60,104 bases of DNA from Selenomonadaceae bacterium (GCA_017554285.1 JAFZIQ010000149.1:1-60104), one strand, 5' to 3'. Positions 26,873 to 35,645 are shown, numbered from the stretch's first letter. Made by a program: numbers and translations. Notes: generated from the sequence alone by a model not told the origin.

Positions 26873-28948
26873 TTGTTTTTGAAAGCCAAAAAAAATTCGC
26901 GAGGAAAGCGAGCGGCATTAATGGCAACCGCATTGACTTTGCCTTTTATATTCGGTTTTACATCGGGCGAGGCGGCTCACGAAGTCAGTCAACCCTTTGA
27001 AAATTCGGCTGAAGAAACTTCTGAGGAAATTATTGAGATTGAACCGACCGCCGAGCCTGTTGAAGTCGAAACAACTGCCGAGCCGTCCGAAGTCGAAGTA
27101 ATTAACGAAGATTCCAAAGTCAAACCGACTTCTCAGCCGACTGAAAAATCTGACGAGACTTCCGAGAGTGAAACTCCCAAGAGCGAAACTCAGCATACCG
27201 AAATACCAAAAGTCGAAACCGCGCCCGTTAATACACCGACTCCGGAGCCGGAACCTTATCGCTCGCAAATCGACTCGCAACTTTTGGAATACTTCAGCCA
27301 ATTTGACGGCAAGACGATTGTTGATATTGAATACGAGGGCGCAAGCAACGATACTCTTCCCACAGTTAAAGTTGCGGTACTTGAACACGTCGGCGATACT
27401 TTCAACGCGACGGCGGCTCTGCGCGACAGAAACGCGCTAATGAATACGGGCTATTTCTACGAAGCTTATCAAACTTTCGAGGTTATCCCCGAAGGCGTCG
27501 TTATAACTTTCCACGTCATGGAAAATCCCGTTCTTAAGGAAGTAGTTTTCACGGGCAACACGATTTATGACAATGATGAACTTCAAGATATGCTGACGAT
27601 AAGGCGCGGCTACATTCTCAATAATAACACGCTCCACGATAACATTGCCAAAATTCAAGAGGAATATCACGAGGAAGGCTTTGTCCTTATGAAGATAACC
27701 GATTTGAATATGGATAAAGAAGGCGTGTTGACGCTTAAGATTAACGAAGGTACTTTGGAAGGTTACGCGGTCAAGGGCAATACCAAGACTAAGGATTATG
27801 TTATCTTGCGCGAAATGCGGCAGGAAGTCGGTACTCCGTTTAATGCGAAACTTGCGCGGCGTTCAATGCAGAGGGTTTACAACTTGGGATTTTTCGAGGA
27901 CGTTAATCTCAAAATGAATCCGGGCGTTGAGCCGAATGCGATTATCATGGAAGTTAATGTTAAGGAGAAACGCACGGGCACTTTCGGCGTAGGCGCGGGC
28001 TATTCGACTTCCGACGGAATTATCGGCATGGTCAGCATAAGCGATTCCAATTTCCGCGGCAGAGGCGATTTGATAGCTATCATGTACGAAAAAAGCGGCG
28101 ACGAGACCGACGCGCACGGTTATACATTTACTTATCGGCATCCGTGGCTCGACCATCGCGAGACGGCATTGAAATTTCAGCTTTACAATCGAACTTACGC
28201 TTATAACGATTACGATACTCGCGGAGATTTTAAGGAAGAGTATATGCGCAAATATTCGGGCGGCGAATTTACTTTCAGTCGTCCGATAAGCGAGTACTCG
28301 ACGAATTTTATTACGTTCCGTCATCGCAAGGATAAATATGTTCGGCACGTTTCAAACGGAAATATGGGCGACCGCAGCGGCGCGGCTTATGCCGATTGGC
28401 GCAATAAGAATTTCGGCTTGACGCGCAGTATTATTCTTGAACACGTTACCGATACTCGCGACAATATTTACAGTCCTTCGACGGGAAATAAAGTTGATTT
28501 GCGACTTGAAGTAGGCGGATTATTGGGCGGCGATTTCGATTTTCAGAAGGCGTCGATTGAACACCAACTTTATATGAAAGCGGGCGACCATTCGCAAGTT
28601 TGGGCACTGCGCGGCATGTACGGTTACGGACACGGCGACTTGACTGAGTTTAACCAATTTCGACTTGGCGGACAAGGAAGTCTGCGCGGTTATCGTGACG
28701 ACCAATTTCGCGGCGACAGAATGATTTTGGGCACATTGGAATATCGATTCCCGCTTGCAAAAAAAATTCAAGGCGCGATATTCACCGATTGGGGCAGTGC
28801 GTGGAATACGGGCTTGAAACCTAAAAATGTTAAAGGCAGTATCGGCATAGGTTTTGCGCTCAATACTCCAATGGGTCCGTTGCGTTTAGATTACGGACGC
28901 GGCTCGCAAGGCGGCAGATTCCATTTCACGGTCGGCACTTCATTTTAA
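26873..28948 (+). CDS. bamA: Outer-membrane protein assembly factor BamA (Omp85 family)
   Basis: Signal peptide, POTRA-like repeats, and an Omp85 barrel with RGY/GG motifs ending in the beta-signal HFTVGTSF. Has an unusual ~110-aa acidic Glu/Thr/Pro-rich segment after the signal peptide. Confidence 0.9.
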   Translation: MFLKAKKNSRGKRAALMATALTLPFIFGFTSGEAAHEVSQPFENSAEETSEEIIEIEPTAEPVEVETTAEPSEVEVINEDSKVKPTSQPTEKSDETSESETPKSETQHTEIPKVETAPVNTPTPEPEPYRSQIDSQLLEYFSQFDGKTIVDIEYEGASNDTLPTVKVAVLEHVGDTFNATAALRDRNALMNTGYFYEAYQTFEVIPEGVVITFHVMENPVLKEVVFTGNTIYDNDELQDMLTIRRGYILNNNTLHDNIAKIQEEYHEEGFVLMKITDLNMDKEGVLTLKINEGTLEGYAVKGNTKTKDYVILREMRQEVGTPFNAKLARRSMQRVYNLGFFEDVNLKMNPGVEPNAIIMEVNVKEKRTGTFGVGAGYSTSDGIIGMVSISDSNFRGRGDLIAIMYEKSGDETDAHGYTFTYRHPWLDHRETALKFQLYNRTYAYNDYDTRGDFKEEYMRKYSGGEFTFSRPISEYSTNFITFRHRKDKYVRHVSNGNMGDRSGAAYADWRNKNFGLTRSIILEHVTDTRDNIYSPSTGNKVDLRLEVGGLLGGDFDFQKASIEHQLYMKAGDHSQVWALRGMYGYGHGDLTEFNQFRLGGQGSLRGYRDDQFRGDRMILGTLEYRFPLAKKIQGAIFTDWGSAWNTGLKPKNVKGSIGIGFALNTPMGPLRLDYGRGSQGGRFHFTVGTSF

Positions 28949-29009
28949 ACAAAAAATTTTTTCAAACGTAGTCTGTTGTATTTGTATCTACGATTCAAGG
29001 GTGATTTAA

Positions 29010-29669
29010 ATGATTGTTTACGCAACGCACAAAGGCGGAAAATATCTTCCGCTAGCCGAGAGTTTGAAAATTGATTCGACAACCCCGCGAGGTCTCTACG
29101 TAAATTTAACCAATCGTTGCAACTGCGATTGTGTATTTTGCTTGCGACAGAAAAAAAATATGGCTAAGGAATCCAGTTTATGGTTGGAGCGCGAGCCGAC
29201 TGTCAATGAAGTCAAAGCCGACTTGGACGGCGCGTGTTGGCAAGTTATTAAGGAAGTAGTCTTTTGCGGATTCGGCGAGCCGACAATAAGACTTGCCGAG
29301 CTTGTCGAGCTTTTGGCTTATGTAAAAAAAATTCGCCCGAATATGCCGACGCGTCTTAACACAAACGGCTTGGGCGAACTTTATAACGGGCGGGAGATTG
29401 CGGCGGACTTTGAAAACATTCTGGACACGGTATCAATAAGCCTCAATGCCGCGACTGCCGAAAAATATTTTAAAATTACTCGCGCCGCTTACGGGATAAA
29501 GTCTTTCGACGCCATGTTGACTTTCGCCGAACATATGAAAAAATTTGTTCCGCACGTTGTTTTAACCGTCGTCGATAAAGTTACTTCTCCCGATGAAATT
29601 ATTGCTTGTCAAAAAATTTGCGACGAACACGGCTTAACATTGCGCGTTCGTCCTTACGAGGACAGCTGA
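29010..29669 (+). CDS. Small radical SAM protein (possibly the TatD-associated radical SAM family)
   Basis: CX3CX2C cluster motif in YVNLTNRCNCDCVFCLR. About 219 aa. The subfamily is recalled only tentatively. Confidence 0.6.
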   Translation: MIVYATHKGGKYLPLAESLKIDSTTPRGLYVNLTNRCNCDCVFCLRQKKNMAKESSLWLEREPTVNEVKADLDGACWQVIKEVVFCGFGEPTIRLAELVELLAYVKKIRPNMPTRLNTNGLGELYNGREIAADFENILDTVSISLNAATAEKYFKITRAAYGIKSFDAMLTFAEHMKKFVPHVVLTVVDKVTSPDEIIACQKICDEHGLTLRVRPYEDS

Positions 29670-31582
29670 AGAGAATTCTTGCTTTGTTTGAAACGGTAAA
29701 TACCCGCTCCAAGTTTCCTCTGACCACTGACCATTTTCCACTTATCACTTAACTTGCCGTCTAAGGCGTCGCGATAAAGTTTGACAACCTGCGCGGTGAC
29801 TTCGGGCGAATAATTCTGCGCCTCGATTCGTAACGACGCCGCTCCAAAAAATTTCTCTACGTAAGGCAACAAACATAAATCCTTACCGAAGAAAATATGC
29901 CAACGTTTGAATTGGTCGACGCGCAACGAATGAATTTCGCCCGCCTCGTCTTCAAGCGCGTAATGACGATTTAATTTATCGGGCGTCGCAAATTCGTCAT
30001 AATCGGGCAGATAAAGCTTGGCAATATTATGGTCGCTAATCATTGATTCAATCGCGCCGTGAACTATAATTTCAATCGGCAACGGCGAATTTTCAACGAC
30101 GCTCCGAACCTGCGCGAAACTCAATTCAAGTGACGCGGTCGCCTGTACTGCGCCCAAATTTTTTAAGAAATCAGCGGCAACGGGATTAAACAGGTTGAAT
30201 GAGAAATCGGCATAAATCGGCGCGTCCGTCAAAGTCCTAATCGAATTCAGCGTACCCAAATTCCCAACCATAACGCCGTCAATTCCTAATTCCCAATTCC
30301 TGATTCCTATTTCCTCTTTAAATGTTCTGGGCGTAGCCAAAATAATTTTCTTTCCTGCCGCGTGAGCAATCTCGACGGCTTTTTTTATTTTGGAAAGAGT
30401 GAACGGCTTAAGCGGCTTGAAAATTTCGCCGCCGATATAAATAACGTCCGCGCCGTTTTTAATCGCCGCCTCCGCACTTTCCAAACTCGAAACCCGCGCA
30501 GATAATTTAGGGGCTGGGGAATAGGGACTAGGGACTAGAGGTTTAATCGCCCTTTCCTCAGCGAAAATATTTTTTACGGCTTCATCGTCAAAGCTCGGCT
30601 CGACAACTGCGCGGCTGAAAATTTTAGGCTCGCGTTCGCCCGTAATGCCAATATCTTTAATCGTCGGCATACCGAATGCAAATGTCGTAGTGAAATCGCG
30701 CACCCGATTTTTATAAAGCTCGGCAAAACGTTCCTCATTGACGCTGTAACCCGCCGGGTCGGCAAGGTAAGAATCTATTTCCTGTCGATAAGTCGAAACC
30801 AAGCGGCGAACAAATTCGGGCGGTCTCATACGTCCTTCAATCTTGAAACTCACAACCCCCGCTTGAATCAGGTCGGGAATATTTCTGAACATGCACATAT
30901 CATTAAGGGCGAGCTTATAAGAAAAATCGTTGAGAGTTTCGCCCGTCGTTTCGTCGATAAGTTTGTAAATCCAGCGGCAAGGCTTCATGCAACGCCCGCG
31001 ATTGCCGCTCTGCCCGAAAACTACGCCCGAATGAATACATTGCCCCGATTCGGCAAAGCACATATCGCCATGCATAAAATATTCAACTTCAATGCCCGTG
31101 CGCTCCTTAAGCAAAGCGACTTCCGTTAAAGTCAATTCGCGCCCGACAACCACGCGAGTTATTCCGAACTTTTTAAGCAGTTCAATCGTTTGGAAATTGT
31201 GCGTGTTCATCATAACTGAGGCGTGCATGGGAATTTTTATGCCGAGCTTGCGAACAAGATTTATAACCGCCAAATCCTGTACCAAAATCGAATCGGGCTG
31301 AATTTCGTTAAGATAAGCAAGATATTTTTCGAGCGGAGCAATTTCTTCCGCGCTGATTAAGTTATTCAGCGTGACATAAATTTTAACGCCGCGTTCGTGA
31401 GCAAATTCGACAGCCGCCTTGAGTTGCGCGTCATCAAAATTAAAATCAGAACGATGAACGCGCATATTGAAAGCCTTGCCGCCCAAATAAACTGCGTCCG
31501 CGCCCGCCTCAATCGCCGCAACGAGCGAATTCCATTGTCCGGCGGGAGCCAAAAGTTCAACCGATTTTCTATCCAAAGTCAT
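29654..31582 (-). CDS. Peptidase U32 family protein with two tandem U32-type modules
   Basis: N-terminal module ELLAPAGQWNSLVAAIEAGADAVYLGG plus the U32 signature-like EYFMHGDMCFAESGQCIHS. A second module restarts at LSARVSSLESAEAAIKNGADVIYIGG. The linker and one internal loop are encoded by heptamer-repeat DNA. Confidence 0.8.
   Translation of the reverse strand: MTLDRKSVELLAPAGQWNSLVAAIEAGADAVYLGGKAFNMRVHRSDFNFDDAQLKAAVEFAHERGVKIYVTLNNLISAEEIAPLEKYLAYLNEIQPDSILVQDLAVINLVRKLGIKIPMHASVMMNTHNFQTIELLKKFGITRVVVGRELTLTEVALLKERTGIEVEYFMHGDMCFAESGQCIHSGVVFGQSGNRGRCMKPCRWIYKLIDETTGETLNDFSYKLALNDMCMFRNIPDLIQAGVVSFKIEGRMRPPEFVRRLVSTYRQEIDSYLADPAGYSVNEERFAELYKNRVRDFTTTFAFGMPTIKDIGITGEREPKIFSRAVVEPSFDDEAVKNIFAEERAIKPLVPSPYSPAPKLSARVSSLESAEAAIKNGADVIYIGGEIFKPLKPFTLSKIKKAVEIAHAAGKKIILATPRTFKEEIGIRNWELGIDGVMVGNLGTLNSIRTLTDAPIYADFSFNLFNPVAADFLKNLGAVQATASLELSFAQVRSVVENSPLPIEIIVHGAIESMISDHNIAKLYLPDYDEFATPDKLNRHYALEDEAGEIHSLRVDQFKRWHIFFGKDLCLLPYVEKFFGAASLRIEAQNYSPEVTAQVVKLYRDALDGKLSDKWKMVSGQRKLGAGIYRFKQSKNSLQLSS
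30281..30315. repeat. Heptamer array embedded in frame in the U32 peptidase gene
   Basis: AATTCCT AATTCCC AATTCCT GATTCCT ATTTCCT encodes EEIGIRNWELGI on the minus strand. Confidence 0.75.
30510..30541. repeat. Heptamer array embedded in frame in the U32 peptidase gene (inter-module linker)
   Basis: GGGGCTG GGGAATA GGGACTA GGGACTA GAGG encodes PLVPSPYSPAP on the minus strand, exactly between the two U32 modules. Confidence 0.75.
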
Positions 31583-31594
31583 AACTGTCTCCTT

Positions 31595-33388
31595 TTATTT
31601 TCCGCAAAAATTTTTCCAGATTGCCCGATAAATCTTTTCCAACTCGCGAATATAATTTTTGGAATCCATAAGCGCGGAATTTTGCATATGCTCACGAAGT
31701 CCGACGTGATAAGCCGATAACAATTCTTTACGACGACTGAGTTGCACGGCTTTATTTATGTAATCCATAGGACTTTGAGCGATTAGCTCCGAAATATCGG
31801 CGGCATTCAAAATCGACGCGCTGAATCTTGCACCGTGAGTTTTTCCGCGCAGAGTGATAACGGGCACTCCCATATAAAGAGCCTCGCAAGTGGTAGTTCC
31901 GCCCGTGTAAGGATAAGTATCAAGTGCAACGTCAATCTCGCGATATTGTTCGAGATAATCGGGGCTGTAAGGGCGCAAATCAATTCGGTCGAGCGGGAAA
32001 CTCATCTTGGACAATTTTTCTTTGATAATATCTTTGCCTTCGTCGAGACTGCAAAGTTTATTTTTAAGAATCAGTTTGGAATTGGGGACGCGCTCCAAAA
32101 TCGCCCGCCAAAGATAAAGCAACTCCTCATGGATTTTGGCGAAGTTATTAAAACTGCCGTAAGTTATGAATCCGTTTTTCAGAAAAGGAGCGCGGAGGTC
32201 GACGGCAGGCATTTCGCGAATCAAACCGGGCGAATAACATAAACTGCACGGCTCGACGCGCAGAATTTTTTCCGTGAAACTTGTCGGGAGATTTTCGGGC
32301 GAACAAATTTTATCGGACAAAAAATAATCGACGGCAGATAAACCTGTCGTTGAGATGTAACCTATGCCGCAAATCTGAACGGGCGCGGGCTTATAAGCCA
32401 AAATCGGGAGGCAACTGTCTTGCGAATGCCCCGATAAATCGACGAGAATATCAACCTTATCTTCGGCGATGATATTAGCCGCCAATAACGGCGTTTTGCC
32501 TATTAAATCGCGCCAACCGACATTGAAATTTTTAAGCTTAACCGTGACGGAATCTTTTCTGCCGGTGAAGTAGCAAGTAACGGAGAAATTTTCGGCATCG
32601 TAATTTTGCAGGAGCGGCGGGATAAAATTAGCAACGGCATGTTCGCGGAAATCGGGCGAGATATAACCGACGTGAATTTTTTTATCGGCGTTGAAGGATT
32701 TTTTATCGTGCGTAAAAGGCGTTGTGTTCTCGAAGAACGAATTATATTTCTGCGCAAGCTCTTTAATCTGCGCTTGAGACAGGTCGCGATAATTTTTAAG
32801 GAATAAATGTTTGGAGTAAAGCTCCGCCGCGAGTTCGTCATTATAAATCAGCGAGCTTGCTTCCAAAAGAGATTCAGCCGCCCGCGCAGGTTCGCCCGTC
32901 AAATAAAGTCCGTTTGAACTCCAACAAAGGGCTTTGAACAAAAGCGATCTGACAATGAAATTTTCCTTATCGATTCGCCGCTCAAATTTTTCGTCCTCCG
33001 AAGTTCTTTTGCGGCGGTTGAAGGCGAATTTGCGATTATGTTCCTGAAGATTTGCCCGCAATCTTTTTAATTCTTTGTGCGCGTCATTTATCACGGCGTC
33101 CAAAATGTTCAGTTGAGTTTTGAGCTTGAAATTTTTTATGGCGACGCCGCCCGTAACAAGTCGTCCGCGCAGATGATTAGGTTCGACAGAGAGCGCGTAT
33201 TGAGCAAATGATTCGGCTTCCTGCAAATCACCCTGATAAAATGATGCCTCCGCCATAAGCGCGAGACCTTCAGCGGAATTTTTATCCAGCTCGAAAATTT
33301 CACGAGCGACGGTGCGCATTGATTGAGTATCGCCGTCCTGCGAGAATTTTTCCGCCGGTAAAACCCAATCCAGAATTTTATCGTCCAT
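31595..33388 (-). CDS. TPR-repeat glycosyltransferase of the O-GlcNAc transferase / SPINDLY-like (GT41) type
   Basis: N-terminal TPR-like helices. The C-terminal half with HVGYISPDFREHAVANFIPPLLQNYD and GVPVITLRG is typical of bacterial GT41-like proteins. ATG 33388 lies behind a GGAGGG SD; the ORF-track TTG 33409 is less likely. Confidence 0.65.
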   Translation of the reverse strand: MDDKILDWVLPAEKFSQDGDTQSMRTVAREIFELDKNSAEGLALMAEASFYQGDLQEAESFAQYALSVEPNHLRGRLVTGGVAIKNFKLKTQLNILDAVINDAHKELKRLRANLQEHNRKFAFNRRKRTSEDEKFERRIDKENFIVRSLLFKALCWSSNGLYLTGEPARAAESLLEASSLIYNDELAAELYSKHLFLKNYRDLSQAQIKELAQKYNSFFENTTPFTHDKKSFNADKKIHVGYISPDFREHAVANFIPPLLQNYDAENFSVTCYFTGRKDSVTVKLKNFNVGWRDLIGKTPLLAANIIAEDKVDILVDLSGHSQDSCLPILAYKPAPVQICGIGYISTTGLSAVDYFLSDKICSPENLPTSFTEKILRVEPCSLCYSPGLIREMPAVDLRAPFLKNGFITYGSFNNFAKIHEELLYLWRAILERVPNSKLILKNKLCSLDEGKDIIKEKLSKMSFPLDRIDLRPYSPDYLEQYREIDVALDTYPYTGGTTTCEALYMGVPVITLRGKTHGARFSASILNAADISELIAQSPMDYINKAVQLSRRKELLSAYHVGLREHMQNSALMDSKNYIRELEKIYRAIWKNFCGK

Positions 33389-33462
33389 GAAATCCCTCCG
33401 ACATGACAAACAATTTTAATCAATAATAAACTAAACGTTCCGAAATGACAACCGCTAAAAAC

Positions 33463-33491
33463 TTGCCAACGTTAAAACTTTATCCTACAAT
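33463..33491 (+). promoter_or_regulatory. Sigma70-type promoter for the pilin gene
   Basis: TTGCCA (33463-33468), 17-nt spacer, TACAAT (33486-33491). Confidence 0.5.
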
Positions 33492-33517
33492 GGACAAAAA
33501 CGTAAGGAGTGATTCAG

Positions 33518-33928
33518 ATGAATCAACGAGGCTTTGCAACATTGGAAGTAATTTTAATGGTAATGGTTATCGGGATTCTGGCGTCGATAGCGATCCCGCG
33601 ATTTACTTCCGTCACGACCGCCGCCAACACTGCCAAAATTCAAGCTGATCTTTCGACCCTTGACGCCGCCATTGCACTTTACTACATGGAAAATAATGAC
33701 CATCCTACTAAAATCAGCGATTTAACCAAGTATCTGCAAGATGAAGTTAAACCTCCTAAAGGTAAAGCCTTAATTAAAACCGCGACAGGAACTGATAATA
33801 CGATAACAATTCCTTCAACTTATGACCTTAGTACAGATAAAACTCGTGCAGTCTTGAAAGTCAGTAACAACGAATACACTGTAGGAGATTTTACGACGAA
33901 AAAAACAACTGATACGACAGACGGTTAA
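33518..33928 (+). CDS. Type IV pilin / pseudopilin-like protein (prepilin-type N-terminal cleavage/methylation domain)
   Basis: MNQRGFATLEVILMVMVIGILASIAIPRF is a class III signal (G|F-x-x-x-E) plus a hydrophobic helix. AAGGAG SD before ATG 33518. Confidence 0.85.
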   Translation: MNQRGFATLEVILMVMVIGILASIAIPRFTSVTTAANTAKIQADLSTLDAAIALYYMENNDHPTKISDLTKYLQDEVKPPKGKALIKTATGTDNTITIPSTYDLSTDKTRAVLKVSNNEYTVGDFTTKKTTDTTDG

Positions 33929-34034
33929 TAAAAACTTTTCCTGTAATCCCTATGCCTTTTCATGTAAAGTTTATTGACGCCACAAAGATTTTTTGATAGA
34001 ATTCGCGCTGGGAAAAAATTTTTTTCTGGAAGGC

Positions 34035-34062
34035 TTAATGATTTGAGTTCAATATACGATAA
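34035..34062 (+). promoter_or_regulatory. Sigma28 (FliA)-like promoter upstream of flagellin 1
   Basis: TTAAT, a ~15-nt spacer, then TACGATAA (34055-34062). This matches the TAAA-N15-GCCGATAA class and is nearly identical in layout to the site at 35818-35844. Confidence 0.5.
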
Positions 34063-34174
34063 GATTTACAGAAAAGAGATCATTAAAGAAGTACGGGGCG
34101 GGAAATCGTCCTGCGTGGGAGACTTTGTAAGACCTTAAGAATTTTTGAGGCATTAGTTAATTGAAAAGGGAATA

Positions 34175-34328
34175 GACGGGCTCAAGGTTGCAACACTCGT
34201 TACGCGTGCGAGGCGCAGTCTTCCGACGACGGTTGGGAGACAAGCACATTGAACCGTTTGTTTGGCGGCGGAAAGGAAACCGTCGACTAAGGAAAAATTT
34301 TTCTAGGAAGATCAGGGAGGAAATAATC
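34175..34328 (+). promoter_or_regulatory. Conserved structured 5' leader of flagellin 1
   Basis: Shares long identical blocks with 37394-37543: CACTCGTTACGCGTGCGA, CGACGGT...TTTGGCGGCGGAAAGGAAACCGTCG, and the A/GGGAGGAAAT SD. A CGACGGT/ACCGTCG stem presents a GGA-rich loop, and a second GGA lies in the SD. Confidence 0.6.
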
Positions 34329-35645
34329 ATGGCAATGGTAGTAAAGACCAACATGAGCGCAGTTCGTACGCTCAACACTTTGAATCAAAACAGCACCGCG
34401 CTCCAGAAGAGCTTGACGAAAGTCGCAAGCGGCATGAAAATTAACGGCGCACAAGATGATGCTTCGGGCTATGCAATTTCTGAACGTATGCGCGTCCGTA
34501 TCCGTTCACTCGATCAAGCAAATCAAAACAGCCAAAACGACTCCGCTTTGATGAAGACCGCTGAAGGCGCGGTTTCCAACACGATTGAAATCCTTAAGGC
34601 TTTGAAAGAAAAAGCCATCAATGCTGCCAACGACAGCAATACCGAAGAAGATCGTCAGACAATCCAAAAGGAAGTCGACCAATTCATCGATCAAATCGAC
34701 GACAATGCACTTGTTCAATTTAACGGTAAATATCTCGTCGACGGCTCGAAAAATAACGTCGTATCCGCTTCCAAGACTATTCTTCTCAATCAAAGTTTGG
34801 CAACCAATACGACAGCAGATTCGTATTTGACTGCCCTTAATAATCGTGCCGGCGATGCCCTTGAAATTCAATCGACTGATAAGTATCAAGTTTCTTGGGT
34901 TATGAATGGCGTAACCATGACAACAAGCGGAACAGTAGGCACAGAAACTAATTTAACGGCTCTTATGAAGGTAGGAGGCGAAGACAAGGCTACCTTAACC
35001 GCTCAGTCAGATGCTAGCCCTACTACAATTGGTACAGACAAATATAATGTGGATGTTTATACTCCGGATAAAGCTCCCGGTGTGGCACTTCTTTCTTTGA
35101 CCACCGGCGTAACATCACAAATTTCCGGCTTCACAATCAGCATTACCGACGCACAAGGTAACGTTAAGAAAGCAGCCAATGCCGCTCTCGACGCCTTCAA
35201 ACAATATCAGCGTGCTGAAAATGAAACCGGCGACAAGTCTTTGACTTTCCATGTCGGTTCGGAAGCAAACGTTGCTATCAAAGTCGGCATCGGTGATATG
35301 CGTGCAGAGGCTCTCGGTCTTAAGGGCAGTAACGGATCCGACAGAGTCAGAGTTACGACGAAAGAAAATGCCAATGCGGCTATCAACGCCATTGAAAACG
35401 CTCTTGCCAAAGCTCTTGATCAGCAAACCACTATCGGTGCTATTGAAGCTCGTCTCGAATACACCAGTGCTAACCTCACCACTTCGAGTGAGAATGTCCA
35501 AGCGTCTGAGTCCACGATTCGTGATGCTGATATGGCTAAAGAAATGACCAACTACACCAAGAATAACGTCTTGTTGCAGTCGGCTCAAGCCATGCTTGCT
35601 CAAGCCAATCAAAACTCCAGCGCAGTGCTCAGCTTGCTCCAGTAA
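34329..35645 (+). CDS. Flagellin
   Basis: MAMVVKTNMSAVRTLN..., ASGMKINGAQDDASGYAISERMR (N-terminal D0/D1), and conserved C-terminal D1/D0 (IRDADMAKEMTNYTKNNVLLQSAQAMLAQANQ...LSLLQ). ATG 34329 lies behind a GGGAGG SD. The ORF-track start 34188 lies in the leader. Confidence 0.95.
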   Translation: MAMVVKTNMSAVRTLNTLNQNSTALQKSLTKVASGMKINGAQDDASGYAISERMRVRIRSLDQANQNSQNDSALMKTAEGAVSNTIEILKALKEKAINAANDSNTEEDRQTIQKEVDQFIDQIDDNALVQFNGKYLVDGSKNNVVSASKTILLNQSLATNTTADSYLTALNNRAGDALEIQSTDKYQVSWVMNGVTMTTSGTVGTETNLTALMKVGGEDKATLTAQSDASPTTIGTDKYNVDVYTPDKAPGVALLSLTTGVTSQISGFTISITDAQGNVKKAANAALDAFKQYQRAENETGDKSLTFHVGSEANVAIKVGIGDMRAEALGLKGSNGSDRVRVTTKENANAAINAIENALAKALDQQTTIGAIEARLEYTSANLTTSSENVQASESTIRDADMAKEMTNYTKNNVLLQSAQAMLAQANQNSSAVLSLLQ

